Shown in pieces: positions 16,617-23,705 of a stretch of DNA of 32,000 nt (position 1 is its first letter; each line of letters opens with the position of its first letter). A program made the translations under genes and the position numbers. The notes under the pieces were generated by a model. That model made no database searches. It saw only the letters and a list, made by a program, of their open reading frames with translations, and had not been told where the DNA came from. The stretch covers positions 90,001 to 122,000 of the forward strand of contig RQZE01000006.1 in the NCBI GenBank assembly GCA_003858585.1, given 5' to 3'. This DNA is from Erysipelotrichaceae bacterium OH741_COT-311. GTDB taxonomy: Bacteria > Bacillota_I > Bacilli_A > Erysipelotrichales > Erysipelotrichaceae.

Positions 16617-18077
16617 ATGGCAATATATCATCTCAGTATCAAAATTATCTCAAGAGGCAAAGGCAAGAGTGCAGTTGCAGCTTCCGCCTATCGAAGTGGC
16701 GAAAAGATAAAAAATGAGTATGACGGCATAGTCCATGACTTTACAAGAAAAGGAGGAATCGCCCATACCGAAATTCTATTACCACAAAATGCACCACAGG
16801 AGTTTTTGGACAGGGGAACATTATGGAATAGCGTGGAGAAAATCGAAAAAAGTAAAAACTCACAGCTTGCAAGAGAAATAGAAATCGCCTTACCCAAAGA
16901 ATTAAACCGAGAAAAACAGATAGAACTTGTACGAGAATATGTAAAAGAAAATTTTGTGAAAGTCGGTATGTGTGCCGATATTGCCTTACACGACAAAAAT
17001 GACAGAAACCCACACGCACATATCCTATTAACAATGCGACCGTTAAACGAAGATACAACATGGGGAGCAAAATCAAAAAAAGAATATATCCTTGATGAAA
17101 ACGGAGAAAAAGTAAAACTCAAAAATGGCAATTACAAAACCAAAAAAATCAATATAGTCGATTGGAATGAGCAAGAAAAAGCGGAAGAGTGGCGAAAAGC
17201 ATGGGCAGATATTACCAACAAATATTTGGAAGAAAACAATATACAGGAAAAAGTGGATCACCGTTCTTATCAAAGACAAGGAATAGAACAAATACCGACT
17301 ATTCATTTAGGAGTATCGGCAACACAAATGGAAAAGAAAGGCATAGACACAGACAGAGGAAATATCAACAGAGAAATCAGAAAACAGAATAGGCTATTAC
17401 AGGAAATAAAGTTAAGAATAAAAGCCTTACTAAATTGGATAAGAGGAATTGGAAAAGAAGAAAAGGCAGAAACTGAAAATATCAAATCAGCCCTCCCATC
17501 CAAAGAAAATCTATTGTCAGTTTTTGAAAATCTTATCCGTAAAAATGCAGATAACCATAATACAGATTTAGAGCAATACATCGAAAGCTATCAATTCTTA
17601 AAAGAGAACAATATCATTTCTGTATCTGAACTGAAAGAAAACATAGTTACTTTAAGAGATAAGAACTACAAGACCACAAGAGCTATTAAAGATACTGAAA
17701 AGCAGATTGATGATAGAGTACAGCTTATCGACCACGCCGAAAAATATTTGAAGCATAAAGACACCTATAAAGCCTATATCAAGCTGAAGAAAAACAAACA
17801 AGATATTTTCTACAATGAACATACCGCAGAGATTATTTTATTTGAAAGTGCGAAGAAATATTTGAAAGAACATTTAGGAGAAAGCAAGTCCTTAACTATA
17901 TCTAAATGGAAATCGGAAGTAACCGCCTTGAAGAAAGAAAAAGACAGTCTGTATTCTCAAATCATAGACCTACGGAAAGAAGTGGAACAAGCAGAAAGTG
18001 TAAGAAGCTGTATAGAGAAATTACAACAAGAAAACAGAGAAATAACACAGGTTAAGAAGCAAGAATTAGACCTGTAA
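16617..18077 (+). CDS. MobA/MobL family (MOBQ-type) relaxase
   Basis: MAIYHLSIKIISRGKGKSAVAASAYRSGEKI carries the catalytic Tyr motif and HDKNDRNPHAHILLTMRP is the HxDxxxPHxH histidine triad. A long coiled-coil C-terminus follows. Confidence 0.9.
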   Translation: MAIYHLSIKIISRGKGKSAVAASAYRSGEKIKNEYDGIVHDFTRKGGIAHTEILLPQNAPQEFLDRGTLWNSVEKIEKSKNSQLAREIEIALPKELNREKQIELVREYVKENFVKVGMCADIALHDKNDRNPHAHILLTMRPLNEDTTWGAKSKKEYILDENGEKVKLKNGNYKTKKINIVDWNEQEKAEEWRKAWADITNKYLEENNIQEKVDHRSYQRQGIEQIPTIHLGVSATQMEKKGIDTDRGNINREIRKQNRLLQEIKLRIKALLNWIRGIGKEEKAETENIKSALPSKENLLSVFENLIRKNADNHNTDLEQYIESYQFLKENNIISVSELKENIVTLRDKNYKTTRAIKDTEKQIDDRVQLIDHAEKYLKHKDTYKAYIKLKKNKQDIFYNEHTAEIILFESAKKYLKEHLGESKSLTISKWKSEVTALKKEKDSLYSQIIDLRKEVEQAESVRSCIEKLQQENREITQVKKQELDL

Positions 18078-18092
18078 AACTAATTGAAAATA

Positions 18093-18101
18093 TGGTATAA
18101 T
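18093..18101 (+). promoter_or_regulatory. Extended -10 promoter (TGGTATAAT) of cargo cassette 2
   Basis: This is the same TGGTATAATAT block as at 15337, lying 34 nt upstream of the ORF start at 18135. Confidence 0.5.
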
Positions 18102-18134
18102 ATAACAAACAGCGAGTAAAACAAATTAGAAGTT

Positions 18135-18695
18135 GTGGAGGTGAAAATTATAGATACTTCAAAATTCTCATGGAATGAGTTTGAACAAAATTTGTTTCAA
18201 GATGGAAAGTGGGAAATACCATCAAAGTACAAAATTAAAATAAATGATTCATCAGAGAAAAGATACAAATTAGAGATGATTTTATATAAGATGTCTCACA
18301 AATATGTAGCAAGATGGGCATTAGAAAATGCTCAAGCGTTCTTATCTTTTATAGAGATTGGTGATAAAGAGTTAAAGGAATCAATCATGTGTGAAACAAC
18401 AGCGGTATTAAATATGCGTATTGACGGGAAATCAAGTGCGTATAAACTGAGAAACGCTGGATTTTTAGCGAATAAATTAGGACAAATGTCAATTAATGAT
18501 TTAAGTAAATATTCTGCAAGAGTATTTGCACAATCCATAGCAACTGGTCATATGAGAGGACATGCTATTGTATCATCTGATTATGCTATTAAAGTTATTA
18601 ATATTTTATTCCCTAATGATAATTTAAAAGTCGAAGAAGAAAGAAATCGGCAAATTGAATTAGCGAATAAAATTATAAAGGAATATGATATTTAA
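18135..18695 (+). CDS. Imm5-like (putative immunity protein family) helical-repeat protein (cargo 2)
   Basis: VARWALENAQAFLSFIE ... YKLRNAGFLANKLGQ ... ARVFAQSIATGHMRGHAIVSSDYAIKVINI resembles, from memory, the pattern of the putative immunity protein / Imm5-like family (VAR.AA..AE.VLP.FE ... AR.AG.A.A.aH...Ha...A.YA.KA). The start is ambiguous: GTG 18135, GTG 18141, or ATT 18147 behind GGAGGTG. Confidence 0.35.
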   Translation: MEVKIIDTSKFSWNEFEQNLFQDGKWEIPSKYKIKINDSSEKRYKLEMILYKMSHKYVARWALENAQAFLSFIEIGDKELKESIMCETTAVLNMRIDGKSSAYKLRNAGFLANKLGQMSINDLSKYSARVFAQSIATGHMRGHAIVSSDYAIKVINILFPNDNLKVEEERNRQIELANKIIKEYDI

Positions 18696-18733
18696 ACAAC
18701 TCCCGGTTTGTCTAATTGAATATAACAATTTGA

Positions 18734-18775
18734 GAAACAGTAAATCAAAAAGGTTTGCTGTTTTTTGTTGCTCAA
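18734..18775 (+). terminator. Cassette-2 terminator, copy B of the conserved module
   Basis: AAACAGTAAA (18735-44) pairs with TTTGCTGTTT (18754-63). The stem is the same as copy A with one A-to-G change that keeps a G-U pair. A T-run and the tail TTGCTCAA follow. Confidence 0.65.
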
Positions 18776-18829
18776 TTTTCAAAAAATCGTCCATAAATAT
18801 AAACAGGCACTTGACAAAACGCTCTCTGG

Positions 18830-19105
18830 GATAAAGCGCGAGATGAAGATATGTTTGGTTATGCGGAATTGATTTGCATTCATAGTATTTGTAATCAATG
18901 GAGAAAAGGCTATGGCACTAAATTAATGAGAAAAGTATTAGAGGATATGAAAGCGAAGGGGTATGATAAGGTACTACTTTGGGTATTTAGGGATAATTAT
19001 CAAGCACGTATGTTTTATGAAAAACTTGGCTTTTGTACTTTTGGTAAGATGAAAACCTATTTAAATACCGAAGAGATTTGTTATGAGAAAAAGTTAACTC
19101 TTTAG
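18830..19105 (+). pseudogene. 3' half of the interrupted GNAT acetyltransferase gene
   Basis: The frame is open back to 18815 and reads ..ALW|DKARDEDMFGYAELICIHSICNQWRKGYGTKLMRKVLEDM...VLLWVFRDNYQARMFYEKLGF (GNAT motifs A and B). It joins in phase to 12847-13074. Confidence 0.75.
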
Positions 19106-19138
19106 CTGAAAATATAGAGATAAAATTGGAGTCATTGT

Positions 19139-19657
19139 ATGGATGAAGTAAGATTGAAAAAATTACAACGTTATATTGGAAAAAGGTCACAGGGACAAAG
19201 TGATGAACAGGTTATGGCACATATTGAAAAAGAAATTGCAAAGTATGGCATTACACCGGAACAGTGGGCGAAATTATTGTTTCCACTTTGTGCCAATGCG
19301 GAATATCCCTTTTTTCTTTCATTATCTAAAAAAGCCAATTTAGAAGATATGGCAGAAACGTTAATCAGTCATACCGTACGTTTTCGTCAAAACAACATGG
19401 AAAAAGAACAGAATCAAGTGGCTATTGTAAAGCATCTTCTAAGTTATATTCCTGAAAAATGTAAACAGGAAGTGATAGATAGAGCACTTGGAACCTCTGC
19501 TTGGTTTGCAGAATATGAATTAACAAACTATCTTATCGAATGTGGGGCAAGCCTTCAAATGGTTTCCAATGGTCGCAGTTTATTAGAACTTGCAGAACAT
19601 GGCAAGAATCAATTTGAAGATGATAGAGTGTATAACTACATCAAAGATCGTATGTAG
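19139..19657 (+). CDS. Hypothetical protein
   Basis: 172-aa ORF, helical and soluble. I recognise no secure motif. Confidence 0.5.
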   Translation: MDEVRLKKLQRYIGKRSQGQSDEQVMAHIEKEIAKYGITPEQWAKLLFPLCANAEYPFFLSLSKKANLEDMAETLISHTVRFRQNNMEKEQNQVAIVKHLLSYIPEKCKQEVIDRALGTSAWFAEYELTNYLIECGASLQMVSNGRSLLELAEHGKNQFEDDRVYNYIKDRM

Positions 19658-19668
19658 TTGTTTGCTTA

Positions 19669-19697
19669 TTTGACTATTTTGTATATTGGTGTTAGAT
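19669..19697 (+). promoter_or_regulatory. Candidate sigma-A promoter of the mgtE leader
   Basis: TTGACT (19669-74), a 17-nt spacer, then TAGATT (19692-97). Confidence 0.4.
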
Positions 19698-19811
19698 TAA
19701 GGGTTAGTAGGAAGGAGTGATGATTTATGGATGAGATACCTAAGTCGATAAATACAATCATTACTTTTATACTACGGCTTAATGAATGATTCCTTAAGTA
19801 TTTTTAATTGA

Positions 19812-19837
19812 GCTGTCGTATAAACGATGGCTTTTTT
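19812..19837 (+). terminator. Leader (attenuator) terminator just upstream of the mgtE RBS
   Basis: GCTGTCGT (19812-19), loop ATAA, ACGATGGC (19824-31) forming an 8-bp stem with two G-U pairs, followed by TTTTTT. The SD AAAGGAGGA and the ATG at 19853 come next. Confidence 0.5.
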
Positions 19838-19852
19838 AAAGGAGGAATAGGC

Positions 19853-21184
19853 ATGGATATTAAAGAAATAAACGCTTTATTGCATCAAAAGAAATATAAA
19901 GAGGTGCATCAATTAACGTTAGATAGTAATCCTGTTGACTTGGCTGAATTACTAAATGAACTTGAAAAAGAAGAGCGTGGCTTATGTTTTCGTTTATTGG
20001 AAAAAGATAAGGCTGCAGAAGTTTTTTCGTATATGGATAATGATATAAGAAAGGCATTGTTAAAAACCTTATCCAGTCAAAATGTTGCGGAGTTATTTGA
20101 AGAGATGTATGTGGATGATGCGGTTGATTTTTTAGAAGATATGCCTAGTAATGTTATTACGAATTTATTAGATAACGTGGATATGAAAACACGTAATCAA
20201 ATCAATCAATTATTGCATTATTCGAAAGATAGTGCCGGTAGTATTATGACGGTTGAATTTATTGAATTATATCCAACGATGAGTGTAAAACAAGCACTTG
20301 ATAAAATTCGTCGTGTAGGAATAGATAGTGAAACCGTATATACTTGTTACGTGGTTGAAAAGCGTAAGTGTTTAGGGATTGTAACAGCAAAGGACTTAAT
20401 GATTCATGATCCTGAAACAAAGATTGAATCGCTGATGAAGAAAGAATTTATTTATGCTCATACCCATGATGATCGAGAAGACATTGCCAATAAATTGCGT
20501 AAATATGGGCTAATCGCGATTCCTGTATTAGACGCAGAAGGGTGTATTGTGGGTATTGTAACTTTCGATGATGCGATTGATGTCTTAACAGATGAAACAA
20601 CAGAGGATATGCAAAAGATGGCAGCGATGATGGCTAATGATAAACCATATCTATCAACAAGTGTCTTGCAACATGCGTATAATCGCATCGGTTGGTTGTT
20701 GATTTTAATGTTATCAGCTACCATAACCGGAAGTATTATCAGCCGTTATGAACATGCGTTTGAGGTATTACCAATCTTGGTGTCATTTATACCGATGTTG
20801 ATGGATACCGGAGGAAATTGTGGATCACAAAGTTCAACCTTAGTTATTCGTGGTTTAGCCATCGATGAAATTAAATTTAAAGATATTTGGAAAGTGCTTT
20901 TTAAAGAATTTCGTGTTTCATTAGTTGTTGGTTGTGCTTTGGCATTGGCAAATGGTTTGCGTATTTTCTTCATTTACAAAGATCTTTCGCTGGCGATTGT
21001 AGTGGCAGTTTCATTGATGGCAACCATCGTAATTGCGAAAATTATTGGATGTTGCTTACCAATCTTAGCCAAGAAATTAAAGTTGGATCCGGCGATTATG
21101 GCTGCACCATTAATTACAACAATTGTGGATACTTGTTCTATTATGGTGTACTTTAGTATCGCTACGATTATTTTTAAGATATAA
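19853..21184 (+). CDS. mgtE: Magnesium transporter MgtE
   Basis: The protein has an MgtE N-domain, a CBS pair (SAGSIMTVEFIEL..., IAIPVLDAEGCIVGIVTFDD) and a TM domain with DTGGNCGSQSS. The ATG at 19853 follows a strong SD; the track start at 19808 lies inside the terminator. Confidence 0.92.
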   Translation: MDIKEINALLHQKKYKEVHQLTLDSNPVDLAELLNELEKEERGLCFRLLEKDKAAEVFSYMDNDIRKALLKTLSSQNVAELFEEMYVDDAVDFLEDMPSNVITNLLDNVDMKTRNQINQLLHYSKDSAGSIMTVEFIELYPTMSVKQALDKIRRVGIDSETVYTCYVVEKRKCLGIVTAKDLMIHDPETKIESLMKKEFIYAHTHDDREDIANKLRKYGLIAIPVLDAEGCIVGIVTFDDAIDVLTDETTEDMQKMAAMMANDKPYLSTSVLQHAYNRIGWLLILMLSATITGSIISRYEHAFEVLPILVSFIPMLMDTGGNCGSQSSTLVIRGLAIDEIKFKDIWKVLFKEFRVSLVVGCALALANGLRIFFIYKDLSLAIVVAVSLMATIVIAKIIGCCLPILAKKLKLDPAIMAAPLITTIVDTCSIMVYFSIATIIFKI

Positions 21185-21196
21185 GGAGTGGATAAA

Positions 21197-21274
21197 ATGA
21201 AACGAAAAGTAATTATTATGTTTGTTGTGATTTTAATGATGTTAACCTTAATTTCACCATTATTTAGAATGTAG
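21197..21274 (+). CDS. Possible 25-aa hydrophobic micropeptide
   Basis: MKRKVIIMFVVILMMLTLISPLFRM behind AAGGAG, starting 12 nt after the mgtE stop. It is too short for the ORF track and the coding status is unproven. Confidence 0.3.
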   Translation: MKRKVIIMFVVILMMLTLISPLFRM

Positions 21275-21292
21275 AATAGATGGTTGTTTTAT

Positions 21293-21568
21293 ATGGCACA
21301 GATATTAGTGATTGGGATTATTTTTTCAGTGGTAATGCTTTTTTTGGCTATATTTAAGTTTAAGCAACATTCTATTGCACTAGAATCAAGACTTGATGAA
21401 TTTGAAAAGAAGTATAAGCGAATGCATGCAGATTATCTTACTAAAGAAGAAATTGAATATTTAAAAGAATTAAAGCAAAATGGACAGACGATACAGGCGA
21501 TTAAGGAGTTAAGAAATCTAACATTTATGTCTTTGCTTGAAGCAAAAGAATATATAGATTATTTATAA
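21293..21568 (+). CDS. Membrane-anchored protein with a ribosomal L7/L12 C-terminal-like domain
   Basis: An N-terminal TM segment (ILVIGIIFSVVMLFLAIF) is present. The C-terminal QTIQAIKELRNLTFMSLLEAKEYIDYL resembles the L7/L12 CTD pattern K..vIK.vRe.TGLGLKEAKdlVd. Confidence 0.45.
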   Translation: MAQILVIGIIFSVVMLFLAIFKFKQHSIALESRLDEFEKKYKRMHADYLTKEEIEYLKELKQNGQTIQAIKELRNLTFMSLLEAKEYIDYL

Positions 21569-21634
21569 GAAAATTTGAGAAGGGAAAAGCCCAAAAACCA
21601 GTGATATAATAGAGTTATAAAGAAGAGATTAATC

Positions 21635-21930
21635 ATGAATCTTATGATTATAACGATATGCATCGTTTTACTTGGTGCTTTTTTCATGTTTTTAGGAGAT
21701 GTCGTTGTATTAAGGTAAAGATGGATTTGATGTTATAAATGCCAAAACTTCTATTATTGAAATCATGAAAAAAGTAGGAACAAAACGTTTATATAGGAGG
21801 ATTATTAGATTCTTCCTTTTACAAGGGGAGCATATAGACTATTGGTATTTATTTGCTTTCTGGTGCTTTGCTTGGGAAAGCGTGTAAGTATTTTGTAAAA
21901 AAATTACCACATAAAAACAGATTATTATAA
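21635..21930 (+). pseudogene. Decayed membrane-protein gene with multiple frame breaks
   Basis: Protein-like segments fall in three different frames: MNLMIITICIVLLGAFFMFLGDVVVLR*, KDGFDVINAKTSIIEIMKKVGTKRLY, IGGLLDSSFYKGSI* and TIGIYLLSGALLGKACKYFVKKLPHKNRLL*. No intact ORF exists in a 500-bp gap. Confidence 0.35.
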
Positions 21931-22031
21931 ACTTTTACCATCCTAGTGCCCAAAGACTGAAACCTGAAGAATTATTTGATCTTTTCTTAGAAATAATAAA
22001 GGATATAAAAAAATTAGAAAATATAAAATAA

Positions 22032-22063
22032 CAAAAAAGCCACGTATAACGACATACGTGGCT
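22032..22063 (-). terminator. Rho-independent terminator of the PII-like/antiporter operon
   Basis: AGCCACGTAT / ATACGTGGCT forms a perfect 10-bp stem (22038-47 with 22054-63) with a 6-nt loop. On the minus strand it is followed by TTTTTTGT. The plus-strand side has a weaker T-tract (CTTTCTGTTTT). Confidence 0.8.
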
Positions 22064-22070
22064 TTCTGTT

Positions 22071-23243
22071 TTAATGATGACTTGCAATTTCTTGTGCTTT
22101 TTGTAGTGTTACTTTTGTGATGTATGGTCCAACTAATTCATAGATTAGCGTGGCACATAGTATGATGGCACGAATGGTTTGTCCATGACTTGGTACTGCA
22201 GCTTGAGCGATGAGTGATAGCCCGATTGCAACCCCGGCTTGCGGGATTAAGCATGGTCCTAAGTACTTGCGTACATTTTCAGGGGCTTTGGTTACTACTG
22301 CTCCGGCATAGGCTCCAAGGTATTTTCCAATTACACGTGCAATGATGTAAACACTGCCTAATACACCAATGGTTGGGATAATGGCAGGATTTAACTCTGC
22401 ACCGGATAATACAAAGAATAACATGAATAATGGTGGGGTCATTTCATCAACCAACTGCATCACTTTTTCCGATGTAGTGGATAGGTTACAATATACCGCT
22501 CCAAGTACCATACATACTAATAGTGAAGAAGCATGGAAGATGACAGATAAACCTAATGCAAGTAGGATAATCGCAATGACTAAGCTATTGCGATTTGCGT
22601 TATCTTTAAAGTAACGAATGACATAAGATAATAATAATCCTAAAGCTAAACCAATCACTAAGGAAACAATAATTTCAATAAAAGGACTTAATAACATTTC
22701 CAACATATTACTGTTTGCGTTGTTTAAATTGTTTGTGATTGCTAGTGCAAAGCCAAAACAGATTAAGGCAGCGGCATCGTCGATGGCGACAACACTTAGT
22801 AACGTTTCACTAACAGGTCCTTTGGCTTTGTATTGACGTATTACCATAATGGTTGCTGCTGGGGCAGTGGCTGAGGCGATAGATCCAATCATTAAAGAAA
22901 ACGATAAATCATTGCCTAGCAGTAACATAACACCTGTTACAATCATAACGGCTCCAACGGCTTCTAAAAAGGCGATGACAACTGGTGTTACACCTACTTT
23001 TTTAAAATAGCTAATCTTGAATTCACTTCCGATAGAGAATGCAATAAAACCAAGAGCGATGTTTGAAAAAACCATGAGTGTTTCTAATGTATGATGATTG
23101 ACAAGGTTTAAAACATTGGGTCCAACCAACAAACCACCTACTAAATAACCGGTTACAGATGGAAGTTTTACTTTTTTAGCTAAAAGTGAGAACAGTAAAC
23201 CGGTTGCAAATAAGAGTGCAACTTGTAAAAATAAATGATCCAC
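22071..23243 (-). CDS. Cation:proton antiporter (CPA2 / Na+-H+ exchanger family), with no RCK domain
   Basis: 390 aa and about 12 TM. The opening LLFATGLLFSLLAKKVKLPSVTGYLVGGLLVGPNVLNL is typical of Kef/NapA-type CPA2 proteins. Confidence 0.8.
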   Translation of the reverse strand: MDHLFLQVALLFATGLLFSLLAKKVKLPSVTGYLVGGLLVGPNVLNLVNHHTLETLMVFSNIALGFIAFSIGSEFKISYFKKVGVTPVVIAFLEAVGAVMIVTGVMLLLGNDLSFSLMIGSIASATAPAATIMVIRQYKAKGPVSETLLSVVAIDDAAALICFGFALAITNNLNNANSNMLEMLLSPFIEIIVSLVIGLALGLLLSYVIRYFKDNANRNSLVIAIILLALGLSVIFHASSLLVCMVLGAVYCNLSTTSEKVMQLVDEMTPPLFMLFFVLSGAELNPAIIPTIGVLGSVYIIARVIGKYLGAYAGAVVTKAPENVRKYLGPCLIPQAGVAIGLSLIAQAAVPSHGQTIRAIILCATLIYELVGPYITKVTLQKAQEIASHH

Positions 23244-23258
23244 AATTAATCCTTCTTT

Positions 23259-23609
23259 CTAATAAGTAAAACATCCACCTTCGATATAATCGCAAGGTAT
23301 AGTAAAAATAATACCGGTATCCGGCTTTGATAAGTCTCCTAGTACGGCATGAACGGCTGCTCGTGCTAATAAAACTTGTTCATCTTTCAAGACACAAATA
23401 ATAGTACGGTTTTCATCACGCTCAGGATTTAATAGAAAACGTAATGATCCAATAAAACGTTCGGCTTCATTACGATGACCATTAAATAAATGATGTGCCA
23501 TACCTGTACTATTTAAAATAGTAGCTCCTTGAATCCCATTATCTCCAAGTTTTGTTAATAGCTCATCCAACTTATCAACGTTGTTCAAGATAATAAACAT
23601 ACATTTCAT
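23259..23609 (-). CDS. PII-like (GlnB-fold) small signalling protein
   Basis: MKCMFIILNNVDKLDELLTKLGDNGIQGATILNSTGMAHH aligns by eye to the PII pattern MKkIeAIIkp.kLddV.eaL.e.GI.GmTv.ev.G.G. The C-terminal TGIIFTIPCDYIEG resembles G.IFV.dV..v.ri. The ATG at 23609 follows GGAGGA. Confidence 0.45.
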   Translation of the reverse strand: MKCMFIILNNVDKLDELLTKLGDNGIQGATILNSTGMAHHLFNGHRNEAERFIGSLRFLLNPERDENRTIICVLKDEQVLLARAAVHAVLGDLSKPDTGIIFTIPCDYIEGGCFTY

Positions 23610-23705
23610 AATGTTTTCCTCCAATAATAAAAACTATAAAACTTTTGATACAGTTTTTCAATACTTAGTCTTGAAAAATGCTATACTTATAAGGCGAGGT
23701 AGAAT

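Larger units (their letters stand above)
13075..18829 (+). mobile_element. Integrative mobilizable element (large-serine-recombinase type, Tn4451-like organisation), about 5.75 kb
   Basis: It is bounded by the two halves of one GNAT ORF, with TGG in the same codon phase at both junctions (13072-13074 and 18827-18829). The DNA is visibly more GC-rich than the flanks and all genes are co-oriented: recombinase, TnpW-like peptide, cargo, DUF3847-like protein, oriT-like region, MobA/MobL relaxase, cargo. There are no T4SS genes. Confidence 0.8.

Noticed and set aside
16510-17581. ORFs overlapping the relaxase (16510-16710, 16688-17131, 16741-17076, 17073-17306, 17189-17392, 17303-17581).
   Set aside because: They are shadow frames of the lysine/glutamate-rich relaxase gene. 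The first also runs through the hairpin-rich oriT-like DNA.
19700-19800. M-box (ykoK) Mg2+ riboswitch upstream of mgtE.
   Set aside because: It is expected from context, but only short fragments (GTTAG, GAGATAC, CTACGG) resemble the consensus and the leader is roughly 45 nt too short to hold the P2-P6 architecture. It needs a covariance-model search to settle the question.
20458-21156. ORFs 20458-20724 (-), 20746-20973 (-) and 20932-21156 (+).
   Set aside because: They are antisense or alternative frames within mgtE.
22369-22614. 81-aa plus-strand ORF.
   Set aside because: It is antisense within the CPA2 antiporter gene.
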